A stretch of 63,104 bases of DNA, filler included, from Guillardia theta CCMP2712 (taxonomy: Eukaryota; Protista; Cryptophyta): assembly GCF_000315625.1 (NCBI RefSeq). It is 4 parts of 4 records of this genome, joined end to end, with 100 filler letters (N's around TTAATTAATTAA, not from the genome) between each part and the next. Parts side by side here need not be neighbours in the genome. Positions count along the whole stretch, not along the records: positions 22,879 to 32,670 come from NW_005434553.1; positions 32,771 to 63,104 come from NW_005434459.1; 2 more parts are not named here. One strand, 5' to 3'. Within the stretch, counting starts at the first letter, position 1, and each line of letters starts with the position of its first letter. The position numbers and the translations under genes are program-made. Below the pieces are notes generated by a model. It did no database searches. It was not told where the DNA came from and saw only the letters and a program-made list of their open reading frames with translations. Positions 25,260 to 36,707 of the stretch are shown piece by piece.

Positions 25260-26850
25260 AAGCTCGGGCAAGGGCGCTGACCTCTTTGCGATCTGCTCAG
25301 CAATCTCGAGCTCCTTGATGTCAAGAGATCTGGCAAGTCCAACGTCACAATGACAACAAGAACCCTTGGCTCCCGCCCCCTCTCCTCCTCGTCGTCCTCC
25401 TCCCTCCCTCCCTCCCTCCCTCCCTCCCTCCCTCCCTCTCCTCCTCCTCCCTCCCTCCCTCCCTCCCTCCCTCCCTCCCTCCTCCCTCCACTTCCTCGCT
25501 CACTGTTTGAGTGCTTGTCGCACGGAAGGCAACTTGAGCAGCAGCTCCGACATGTCTGCCAGCACCTGAACGTTCCGTCAAGCCGAGATCCCTTGACAGA
25601 GGCAGAAGGGGAGGGAAGAGGAGAAGGGAGACACACGAGCGACGTGTAGGAGAAGGGAGACACACGAGCGACGTGTAGGAGAAGGGAGACACACGAGCGA
25701 CGTGTAGGAGGAAGAGACCCGGCAGGCCAGTGCGCTTGATATCAGGTTGGAGGAGTCGGAGAGGGAAAGGAACAAGACAAGGGTAGAGGAGGGGAAATGA
25801 GGAAACAGGTAAGAGGAGAGGGGGAGGAGTGGCAGGGGCAGGGGCAGGGAGCCTTTACCTGCTCAGAAGTGGACTTGTATGGGGTTGCAGCAGCTCGCTT
25901 GCTCTTGATCTCCTGGTGCTTCACAAGTTTCTTCGCCATGCTAACAGCAAGTCAAAGACACCTCCTCCTCAGCCGCCACACTACATGGCACTCAGCTTGG
26001 TTGCAGACTTCATCGCCTTCGCCGCTGCTCTCTTCTCGGCAGCTTCTTGTGCCTTCTCAGCTGCCTCGTGAGCTGAGATCTGCCTCGAGGCTAGCTTGCT
26101 GATGTCTTGGTCGATCTTCATCTGAATCTTCTTCCTCGCCACCTGACCACCCAAATCAGAGCCCCCCCCCAAACCTTCCTCCTCCTCCTCCTCCTCCTCC
26201 TCCTCCTCCTCGAGCCCTCACCTTGTCCTCCTGCTCCATCCTTCGCAGTTCCACAAACTTCGCCCTCAGCGCCTTCATCTCCAACTTCTGCCTGCGTGTC
26301 GGCGAGAAGATCCCAAGGTACCTGAAGCCTTTTAAGCTGCTTCTTCCTTCCCTCTTCATCCATTTCTACTTCTACCTCCCTCCTCCTCCTCCCTTCCTCT
26401 GATCTCCCCCCTCCCTCCTCCTCCTCTTATGTTCTCACCTGGAAGATTCACCAGTCTTTGTGGCTCCGATGTTTCCCATCTCCAAGGCGACTTTCTCCTT
26501 CCTCCTCGCCACTTTCTTCTCCTTCCTCGCGTCCTCCAGCTCCTCCTGCATCAGAGCTGAGACCTTGGCATCCAGCCCGGCGCTCTTATGACCCTGAGTG
26601 AGGCAGAACGTGAGCATGAAACGTGTCGCACAAGAATCTCGACACCTTCGCTGCGGTCGCGGAGGGTTTGGGCTTGACAGAAGGGATCGAGTTGGAGATT
26701 TTGGAGAGAAGCGAAGTGAAGGAGGAGGACGAGAGGAGGGAAGACGAAGGAGGAGGTGGAGACGACATTATCGACAAGGCTGCGCATGCCACCAGCATAA
26801 TCCCTGCCGCCGCCGCCGCTACCTGCCGCCACCCGCCACCTATCACCATT
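25028..26850 (-). CDS. Hypothetical N-anchored coiled-coil protein, multi-exon
   Basis: AAAAAGIMLVACAALSIMSS hydrophobic N-terminus; charged helical exons (LMQEELEDARKEKKVARRKEK; AAEKAQEAAEKRAAAKAMK); end AEAEASKNSMPQV*. Confidence 0.55.
25621..25710. repeat. 29-bp tandem repeat x3 (GAGAAGGGAGACACACGAGCGACGTGTAG)
   Basis: Three near-exact copies. Confidence 0.9.
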
Positions 26851-27178
26851 GGACTATTTCGGGTGATCGAGGTGATCGTTACGATTCTAACGGTGCCAGA
26901 CTTCGCCGTGTGCCGGGCCCCGGGTGACCAGTGACCCGCCGCCGGCCGGCCCCGGGCCAACTTGAGTGTGACTTTCATGTGCTGAGTGCGGCGGCCGAGT
27001 CGGAGCTGAAGGAGCCGGGCAGCACTGCAGGTCACGAGACTCGAGGCTTGACAGTACGGTACAGTACAGTACACTCATCGTTTACTAGTAGACTCAGTCC
27101 GCCCGGCCGGCAGTGGCTGAAATCACTCAGTAGCCAGCACTGTGACTCAGGCTGAGGCTACACTGAACAGCCTCTGCT

Positions 27179-28473
27179 TCAATAGTTGTAGTCGACACCC
27201 CAGTTCACTCCTGGCCCGAACTCGTTGGTCGCATGATCGCCTGCGAGAAAGTCGGACGAGTCAGTGAGGCAGCCGCTAGTCTTCCGCCCACCACTCACTT
27301 CCTACAGTCCCGTCCAGGCGAACGGCCCCTTGTCCCTGCCCATTGCTGAAGATGTAGCCCTGAAGACTGAGTCAGAGACACTTGCTGCTCCTCGTCTCTG
27401 CTCTTCTCCCAGCTGCTCTTCCTCTTGTCTTCACATCCCGCCTCACCTCTTTGGCAACTGCTGGCGAGCTCGGTGCGGCCGGGTAGTTGTAGGCGTTACT
27501 GGAAGGATAGAACCTGCAAGATGTTCAGCAAGAAGCAGCAGCGCGGCTGTGAGCATCACTGAGCCGGGAAGTAGTTGTAGGCAGGAGTTGCTTGTTCCTG
27601 TCAGGCAGTCAGAGCTGCGGGCATCGCACGGGCTGAACCTACCGGAACGTATCCCCACTCAGAGCCGTCGGACTGCATGGGACCCACGTTGATCATCTCG
27701 TAGTGAGGGTTTCCCCTGCCATCGACGCTCAACCCTCCCTCTCCCTCATGTCACCCTCACCCGCCGCTTGACGGGCCAGACAGAGTCTTGTAGCCCACGT
27801 CCTCGTACCGCCACCACCTGCTCCTCGTCACCTCCCTCTGCCCCTCAAGGCCAGCAAGACGCACTGATCAGAGTTGGGGTCCGGCTGCACCACAGGAGTG
27901 TCGGCAGTGCCGTAGACGAAGTTTGGGTTAAAGGCGATGGAGCCTTCTGGGGTAGCCTCGCCTCGAACATTAATGGTCGTGTAGACGCCGTTGTCTGGTA
28001 CGATCCAGAGCCTCTGGGTCTGAGGTAGAGTGAGCTCCAACATGAGCAGCTGAGGCTACGGCGAACCTTTGATGCCGGATGCATCTGACGCTGAAGCAGC
28101 TTACGCTGGTATATAGCATCTGTGGACATGCCGCAATCAAGATTGAAGAAAATACTCAAGCGCGATGATGAAGAAAGAGATGATGACTTATGCTGATGAT
28201 GTTGAAAATGGATAACATGGTGATGATATGAATGATCAGAGTGTTAAATCTTGAGGAGGAGGAGAAGGCATTGCCCTGCAAGGATCCTCTACCTGAGGCG
28301 CTTGAATGTCGCGTAGCAACGAGAGCGAGCAGGAGGAGGATAGCTGATGCAGCAGCTCCAGCAGCGAGGAGAGATGTCTGAGTGAGCCGAGGACGATGAT
28401 ATGAGAGCAGAGCTGTGGCAGAAGAGGCGACCCGCTGGTACTCCTCCTCCTCCTCCACCCTCGCTCCAACCAT
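27179..28473 (-). CDS. Hypothetical type II membrane or secreted protein (Tyr/Asn/Gly/Pro-rich), multi-exon
   Basis: LLAAGAAASAILLLLALVA transmembrane segment; exons RLWIVPDNGVYTTINVRG, GNPHYEMINVGPMQSDGSEWGYVP, ending GPGVNWGVDYNY*. Confidence 0.6.
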
Positions 28474-28600
28474 TTCCCAACAGCCGCGATACCCTCATCC
28501 CCTCTCAGACCTACTCATCTCCCTCCTGCTCAATGTGATCCCCTCATACAGCACTCAACCTTTTCGCCCCCGAAAATGCTGAAAGAGAATTTTGCGAGGA

Positions 28601-31600
28601 ATGGAAGAAAGTCGGGAAGAAGAAGGAGAGGAAGTAGGAGGGGGGTGGGGGTCTGAGAGACAGTCAGAGACAGAGACATGGGGAAAGAGAGACAGGGAGG
28701 ACATGCGTCGGCGTCTATCCTGCTCCCCTTCTTCATGATGCGTCCGTCTGCCTAGTTGAAGCGTCTAATGTGATTGTCTCTGTCAGGATTCGCCTCACAT
28801 GGCAGCTCCCAATGTCCTGGGGCAGCAGATGCTGTCAATGTTCGTACAGCAGTTTCAACGAAGAGAGGGAGAGGTGCTCTCATCATCATCGCCATCTCCA
28901 TCTCCATCATCTTTATCACCACCACCACCACCACCACCATCTCCTTGTCTTCTACCCTCCGCTGCTCACGTAGCCTGTAGGCCTTGAGGAGCGCCTCCTC
29001 GCAAGCTCTTCTCCATGAGCTGCTTCGTCGCGAGCTGCGGCAGTTTCGAGCAGAGGAGCTGGTGGAGGCACTTGAAGAGAGAGGAGAGGATGAGCTGCGT
29101 GCCTGCTCTCCCCGCCTTCAAGGTCTACTTCCACCCCCCTTCGCCCCCTTCCTCCTCCCCCCCCTTCCTCCTCCTCTTCCTCCTCCTCTTGATCACTGAT
29201 GGATGTGTCATTCAGCGCTCTTACTTCGCGTTCAAAGTGTTGAGACGAGCAAGTTAGAGGGCATGGCGGAGGAGGTGGGGGCCCAGAGACGCGCAGAGGA
29301 AGCAGAGAAGGAGGAGGAGAGGAGGGAGGAGGAGGGGGGGAAGAAGAGAGAGGGACAGAAGGAGGAGGCTTCTTCCTCTCCGGGCCTTTCTCTCTTGTTC
29401 AGCCAGCAATACCTCGCTATCCTCTCAAGCTTGTGGCCGCCTGATCGCGTCAGGACGGGCATGGCCACCTGCTCCTTCCTCTTCTCTGCTCTCCGATCGT
29501 CTCCTCTCGTCCTCCTCCCCGTCCGCAGGTCCTTCGCTGTCCAGCCTGCAAGGAACTGCCTGCTGAAGCATGCGGCGAGCGTGGGTGAGACGCGAGAGAG
29601 GAAGAGCGGCAGAAAAGAAGAGCAGAAGCAGAACGGGAGGGAGGGTTTTGGGAGGGCAGGCAGGCAGGTGGAGGAGGAGGAAGTCTCTAACGCCGTAGTC
29701 CAGCTCTCTCTTCTGAAGTCCGCGTTCTCGCTCCTCCCATAGTGGAAGCTCTTCATTCTGCTGCCGTAGAGGGATGGGAGGTAAAACCCCATTGCTCCTC
29801 CCCCTCCCTCCTCTCCCTCCCTCCTCTCCCTACTCTCCCTCCCTTCTCTCCTTCACTCCCTTTCCTCCTCTCTCATCAACCGCTTCGTGCTCAGGGTCTG
29901 CTTTCTCTGTCGCTCAAGCGAGCGAACTTCTCACCCAAAGTAGAGGAGGGGCAAGGCCAGGCAGGTAGGACGAGGATCGTGAGAGGAGGGGGAGGAAGCA
30001 GAACTTCTGATGGGGCTGAAGACCTTAGGAAACTTGTGCATGTGTTGAGCAGGAGCAAGGTGTTGACGAGTCTAGACCTGCGAAACTGGTGCAGGAGGAG
30101 GAGGAGTGAACGGTACGCTAAGAGGCTGCGGCAGCGAGCTGGAGGAGGAGGGCTGGGGCCTCCTGTCGTCCTCCCTCTCCCATCTTTCCTGCTTGCGCAC
30201 CCTCGACCTCAGCCACACGTCTTGTGGGGACTTGGTGAGTGTTGACGAGACGGGGGAAGATGAGAGGAGGTAGGAGGGGCTGTTACGAGCCTACGACAGG
30301 GGGTACGAGCACTGTCTGCATTTCTGCCTAGCTTGGTGGGTTTGCGCGACCTGGCGCTGGTTGGAAATCAAATCGGAGCTGAAGGAAGCGAAGGGCTGGC
30401 GTCGGGGTTGACATGTGAGGACGAAGGGAGGGAGAGGAGGGGGAGAAGGAGAGGAGGGATATGGAAGAGGACGAGGAGGAGAAGGAGAGGTTGAGCCAGG
30501 CAGCAGGTCTCAAGGAGCTGAAGAGACTTGAGCTGGGGATGAATTGGATCAAGGCGAAAGGGATAAAACAGCTAACAGGTCTGCGAAAGAGGGGAAGAGA
30601 TGGGAGGAGAGAGTGCGAGAGAGCAAGGGGAGGGGAGCGAGGGGGAGGGGGGTAAGGAGCGAGGGGACGGGGACGGGGAGGGGGAGGGGGAAGGAGGGGT
30701 CGAGGGTTTGGAGTAGGCGTTGGCAGGATCNNNNNNNNNNNNNNNNNNNNNNNNNNNNNNNNNNNNNNNNNNNNNNNNNNNNNNNNNNNNNNNNNNNNNN
30801 NNNNNNNNNNNNNNNNNNNNNNNNNNNNNNNNNNNNNNNNNNNNNNNNNNNNNNNNNNNNNNNNNNNNNNNNNNNNNNNNNNNNNNNNNNNNNNNNNNNN
30901 NNNNNNNNNNNNNNNNNNNNNNNNNNNNNNNNNNNNNNNNNNNNNNNNNNNNNNNNNNNNNNNNNNNNNNNNNNNNNNNNNNNNNNNNNNNNNNNNNNNN
31001 NNNNNNNNNNNNNNNNNNNNNNNNNNNNNNNNNNNNNNNNNNNNNNNNNNNNNNNNNNNNNNNNNNNNNNNNNNNNNNNNNNNNNNNNNNNNNNNNNNNN
31101 NNNNNNNNNNNNNNNNNNNNNNNNNNNNNNNNNNNNNNNNNNGGCAACTGAACCTTCTCCCTCCCACCTTCCTCCTTCTCCTCTCCCTCCTCCTCCCTCC
31201 TCCCTCCTCCCTCGTCTCCCTCCTCTCCCTCCTCCCTCCTCTCCCTCCTCTCCCTCCTCTTCCTCCTCCCTCCTCTTCCTCCTCCCTCCTCTCCTTCCTC
31301 TTCATCCTTTCTCTCTTCTCCCTTGCCTTTCTGGGGTTTATGTTTTTCTCAGGCCTCCATCTACTCGCTGCGAGTATGAGCAGGGAAGGAGAAATCGAGG
31401 GCGCAAGTCAGAATGAGGAGCGTGAACAAGAAGAAGGGGAGGACGAGGAGGACGAGGAGAGGCAGCAGCAGCAGCAGCAGCAGCAGGGTCATGTGAAAGA
31501 AGAGGAGCGGGGGAGGGAGAAGGAGGGAGAGGAAAATGGCTCGCTGCGATCTATTGATCTCTCAGAGAATTTCATTGGCGACGAGGGGATGGAGCATTTC

Positions 31601-32031
31601 ATGCAAGCGATGATGTCAGAAATCTTTTTGTCTCCCCCTCCTCTCCTTTCCTCTCTCCTCCTCCTCCTCCTCCTCCTCCTCCTATGCTTCCCTTCCCATC
31701 TCATCTTCATGATCAAACTCCTCACCTCTTTCCTCGCTCAGAAGCTCCTCGGGCTCTCGGTCGCTGGAGCATGTGGATCTTCGCATCAACAGCCTCAGCT
31801 CTCAATCTCTCCACGCCTTCCTCCTTCACGCTCAGAGGTCCTCTACCCCTCCTCGTGTGGCTGATGCTTAGCCTGCGTTCCTGCAGCTTTCCGAGGATGC
31901 GGTCGCTTGACTTGCGAGGCAATGAAGTCAGCAAGGAGGTAAGGGAGGTGAAGAGACGAGGAGAATATCATGTGATGCTTGTGCAGGAGAAATCCAAGTT
32001 TACAGGCTTGTTAACCAATGTGACAATATGA
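28601..32031 (+). CDS. RNI-like leucine-rich repeat protein, multi-exon, spans a gap
   Basis: LTSLDLRNW; LAHLDLSHTS; LKRLELGMNWIKAKGIKQL; LRSIDLSENFIGDEGMEHF; MRSLDLRGNEVS; start approximate. Confidence 0.75.
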
Positions 32032-32062
32032 TCAGACGCTACTCCCTCCTCCTTTCTTCCTT

Positions 32063-32258
32063 CAGTCGATGATCTCCGGCTCCTGCTCATCTTTCACTCC
32101 ATGTCGCCTCGCCCTCCCCTCACCTCCGACAAGCCCAGAGGCCCCGTGACCCCAGCGCGAGACTTGAAGAGCATGCGGCTCGAGGCCTGTGACGCCATGG
32201 CGATGACGACCAACAAGCCGAGGGAATCACAAGACAGATGACAAGATGCAGGCAGGCA

Positions 32259-32297
<39 letters not shown>

Positions 32298-32660
32298 AGG
32301 GAGGGAGGAAGGGAGGGAGGGTCAGGATTCAGCACCTGCAGGAGATGCTCTTTTCGTTCCACGTACTCCCTCGGGTGAGCGTTCTGAGGATGCTTGAGAT
32401 CCTATGAAGAGGAGGGAGGAGGAGCGAGAGACGAAGTGAGGGAGGGAGAGAAGAGACAGAGAGAGAGCGCAGTGCGCCGGGAGGGCGCATGAGCTCTCAT
32501 GATGCGCCATAGAGATCGAGGTCACCGTGTCCATTGCGCCATCATCCGGTCGCTGTGGCTCTTGCGGATGGAACGGGATGATGAGACCGTACGCAGTACG
32601 GTATCTGCGATCCCTTGCGCGTAGCAGAGGAAGGCAGAGGTTAGCAACAACGACATTACC
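32063..32660 (-). CDS. Terminal exons of a minus-strand gene (either the TLK tail or a separate gene split by the gap)
   Basis: Spliced pieces LLVVIAMASQASSRMLFKSRAGVTGPLGLSE and EPEIID*; not kinase-like. Confidence 0.3.
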
Positions 32661-32809
32661 TTGCTTTTTTNNNNNNNNNNNNNNNNNNNNNNNNNNNNNN
32701 NNNNNNNNNNNNNNTTAATTAATTAANNNNNNNNNNNNNNNNNNNNNNNNNNNNNNNNNNNNNNNNNNNNAAGAGGAGGAGGAGGAGATGTAGTGTGAAA
32801 GCGAATAGG

Positions 32810-33998
32810 ATGATGGAAATTCTGCCCTCACCTTCCCCAACCACCTTAGAGAGTCCAAAGTCTGAGAGCAGAATCTTGAAGCATGTAAGGTCAGAGGGAG
32901 GGAGGGAGGGAGGGAGAGAAGGGAAGGGAGGGAGGGAAAGGAGGGAAGGAGGAAGGGAGGAGGGAGAGATATTGGAGGAGGAGGAGATTTGATTCACCTC
33001 CCCGTTGCGGTTGAACATGATGTTTGCTGGTTTGATATCGTAATGAATGATCCGTTGCCTGACAGAAACAAAGATGATGGAAACGATTGTGATGGAGGAG
33101 GAGAATATGAAGTAGGAGAAGGAGAAGAAGGAGAAGGAGAAGGAGGAGAAGGAGAAGGAGATACAAAGGAGGAGGGGGAGAAGAAGGAGGGGGAGGGAGG
33201 AAGAAGAGGAGAAGGAGAAGGAGAAGGAGAAGGAGATTCGAAGGAGGAGGAGGAGGGAGGAGAATATGAAGGAGGAAGAGCAATAAGAGGGAGAAGGGAG
33301 GAGGAGAAGAAGGGAGGAGAATATGAAGCAGGAGAAAGAGGAGGGAGGAGGATAGTAATTACTTGAGACTGTCAAGGTAAGCAAGACCAGACAGAACCTG
33401 AATAACTATCAGATGAGAAGCAGAAACTCATCATATCCATCGGAGCAGACAAGTCAACCACAACAATGAAACATGTCTCACAACACTTCAACAACAAGTC
33501 CAACATGGAGCTTCACTTCTCATCTCCCACCTGTCTCATGATTGTCCGACATTCTTCTTCACAGAGCGGCCCGCATCTGTTCAGATGAGTCTCGAGGTCT
33601 CCTGCAACGCATGTGACTACATCTCACAATGAAGAGCATATCTTCAGTGAATGATATCATGTCCAACAATGAATGATATCATGTCAACAATGGAGGTGTC
33701 TTGACATCTTCAGTGAAGATATCATGTCAACAATGAAGACATCTTCAGTGAAGATCATGTCAACCATGAAGACATCTTCAGTGAAGATATCATGTCAACA
33801 ATGAAGACATCTTCAGTGAAGATGTCAACAATGAAGACATCTTCAGTGAAGATGTCAACAATGAAGACATCTTCAGTGCCTCTCTCACCGTGGCACATCT
33901 CCAGCACTGTGCAGAAAGAGTTCTTGTCGATCTCAAACACGTCGAAGAGCCTCACCTGCTAAGTCTCAGCCCCTCGCACACCCTCCCCGAACTGCTGC

Positions 33999-34092
<94 letters not shown>

Positions 34093-34124
34093 GGCTGCGG
34101 CTGCTGCTGCTGCTGCTGCTGCTG

Positions 34125-34171
<47 letters not shown>

Positions 34172-36004
34172 TCCTCCTCCTCCTCCCTTCCTCTCTCTTC
34201 CCCATTCAGTCCATCCTCATCATCATCATCATCATCATCATCATTTCCATGTCCTTGCCTGAATCCTCCACGTCCCAGGAGGCCGAGCAGTACATATCGC
34301 CTGTTGAAAAGCATTCAGCAAGGTCTCGATAGGCAACAAGAACATTTCATCACTTGTGCAGGATGTAAGGGTTGAGGTTACAACTGTTTCCGATGAATCT
34401 GCTCAACCTTTCACATGATTGTCTTCTCAACTCCCTGACATGGATCTGTTTTCAATATTGTCAGTCTTTCTTTCTTTCATCATACTTCTAATCTCACTCT
34501 GCACTGCCTGTCTAGTTCCGATCTGCAGTACAAGTCAACATGTACTTGGAGCAATCACAAGAATGAATCTCTTGCCTCTTTGACTGCAACTTCTTGATCT
34601 GCTCCTGCAGCAATCTCATCCTAACCTTCAGAATTTCCTCCGAGTGCAGCATGTCGATCTTTCTGGAGTGAAGACATGTCATTGCATGTCTTTGAGACTC
34701 AAGAAGTGCCTCCGTGAGTTGACTTGCGATGACGATTTCTTCAACCTCATCAAAGTTTTTTGCAGTCTCCTGTAATTTCTTGAGCAGTAGAAGCAAACGA
34801 AGAGAAGGAGGAGAAGGAGGAGGAGGAGGAGAAGAAGACGAGTTGAACACATCATGACCTGTCGATCTTTGCAAACTCAAGCTCTAGAGCTTGTTGTTCA
34901 CTCTGAATGAAAACTCAGTCACTGTCTTCTTCTCAACTTGTCGCTGACCTTCAATCTGATAAAGTCTGTCCCTTCTACCCAAACCTCCTTCAGCCCGTTC
35001 TTGTGGTCCTTTGCGACTGACCGAAATCTCAGCCCGAGCAACCCACCTCGCTTCCTCACTGGTGAAATGTCCCAGCCTTGCGGAGGAGGACGCGATTTCC
35101 TCTGCTTTCTTGCTCCTCTTATGTTCTTCTGACTGATAGCAACCAAAATCACTTCGTCTTCAGAGCACAGAGTTTGCAAAACCTGATACATGTGCATGGC
35201 CAACTGTTTCAAAGCTCTCTTGTACAGCCTTGACAACCACTTTGCTCGGATCTGATTCCATCATGCATTATTCTTCATCTCGTTTCTGTCTCAGTGTATA
35301 CCTGCATACCAACAAATCGCTCCATATCTTGCCTCACATCCTCACTCTCTGCAATGTTGTCATTTTCTTTCTCCACTCTCCTCAACATGTACGTCTGGTC
35401 AACTCTGCAACCCGTAGCCGCAAGCTCTCCACGCTAATCATGTTGTGTGTTCAGAAAGAGATCGTTGGAGTGCAAACGAGAACCTTTCAGAACAATTGCA
35501 GCACCTAACATTGTTCTCAACGTTTGGCCTGTTGGTATCGGCCTCGTGCATGGGCCTGTTGAATGAAACTGATCAGATTATTTTATCTTTCAAATCTTCT
35601 TTTCAGCCCTCCCTCCCTCTTCTAAGAATACCTTCCGCTAGATGTCGTTTCCGTCCCCGTTACAGACGATGACGACCTGAAAGTCAAGTTTCATTCCATC
35701 AACGCACTGACATCCCCATGGCATCTGTACACCTTGAAGTCAGCTCGAACCTTTGCAGAGACTTGTCCTCCTTGGCAGACATGTTTGAATAGTTGGGATC
35801 TGTCTGTAGTTTCACGTCCATGTTAACTGGTTGGACTGCGGGAAGCTGCTTGCTTTCAATTAGGAGGGATCGATAGAGCGCGGACGAGTGGCGTACCTTC
35901 CAGGAAGGATGCAGTCCTGTCCTCTGCTGCATCACAGATGCTGAATCCGACCATGACTGAAAGAAGGAGGCGACCAGGATGAACGAAAGCAAAGCACATC
36001 TCAT
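32810..36004 (-). CDS. TLK: Tousled-like Ser/Thr kinase, multi-exon, 3' end in gap
   Basis: LFNRRYVLLGLLGRGGF; RLFDVFEIDKNSFCTVLEMC; GDLETHL..LCEEECRTIMRQ; RIIHYDIKPANIMF (HYDxKP typical of TLK); SDFGLSK; upstream coiled coil and EVWVEG segment as in Tousled. Confidence 0.85.
33620..33878. repeat. Intronic minisatellite (TGAAGACATCTTCAGTGAAGAT[ATC]ATGTCAACAA)n
   Basis: About 7 variant units of 30-35 bp with an internal inverted repeat TGAAGA-ca-TCTTCA. Confidence 0.85.
33991..34245. repeat. Long (CTG)n/(CAG)n tract followed by (CTC)n and (CAT)n inside TLK
   Basis: About 170 bp of GCT repeats, directly visible. Confidence 0.95.
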
Positions 36005-36254
36005 CTTGTTCACTCCTCGCCTCACACGACAAGCATTCAACTAGCTCTTTTTCGATGATCAATCAGCGTCTTGATCAAGTTCGGCATACTGTCCGTCACT
36101 CTCCATCTTCTTGATCAAGTTCGGCATACTGTCCGTCACTCTCCATCTTCTCTCTCTGCTGAATTGTGTCTTCCCCTCCTCCTCTCCATCCCGTCACATA
36201 GCTCGCACCATGCTTTCAAACAAGCGTGTGATTTCAAAAGCTGAGGCGTGAAGA

Positions 36255-36321
36255 TTCAAACTTTCAAACCCAAACTTTCAAACCCAAACTTTCAAACCCA
36301 AACTTTCAAACCCAAACTTTC
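36255..36321. repeat. (CTTTCAAACCCAAA)n x4 upstream of TLK
   Basis: 14-bp tandem units. Confidence 0.9.
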
Positions 36322-36599
36322 CATCAAACTAACTGTTGCCACCGATCGGACCCGCGGGGCCGGTCGGACCGTACTGATACTATGATGATACCCGGGTCCG
36401 CCGACCACTCTCCTGACAGTGATTGGACTCCCTTGCCACGGACACTGACTTCACGCTGTCGCACAGGCCATACGATGAGAAGAGACAAGACAGCTCAGCA
36501 GGCGGATCCGAGGCTCTGCGCGGCCGGAGTCCGCGGCTCGGAAGCTCAACTAACGACTCTTCCGAACTTGAAGCCCCCGGCGGCGCTGGGCGGAGCCGG

Positions 36600-36679
36600 C
36601 TTGAAAGATTGAGTTTGAAAGATTGAGTTTGAAAGTTTGAAAGTTTGAAAGTTTGAAAGTTTGAAAGTTTGAAAGTTTG
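36600..36679. repeat. (GTTTGAAA)n array upstream of the fucosyltransferase
   Basis: About 6 perfect 8-bp units plus two TTGAAAGATTGAGT units. Confidence 0.9.
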
Positions 36680-36707
36680 TTCCACCAGGCTCCCAGGGCT
36701 CCTGTCG

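Noticed and set aside
33620-33878. CRISPR-like palindromic repeat array
   Set aside because: No unique spacers, eukaryotic intron, no cas genes
36070-36150. 40-bp direct duplication upstream of TLK as a coding exon or target-site duplication
   Set aside because: Tandem with no intervening element, and the length is not a multiple of 3; probably local slippage in the UTR
36255-36321. Interstitial telomere-like GTTTGGGTTTGAAA repeat
   Set aside because: Does not match TTTAGGG/TTAGGG-type units; better explained as a promoter-proximal array
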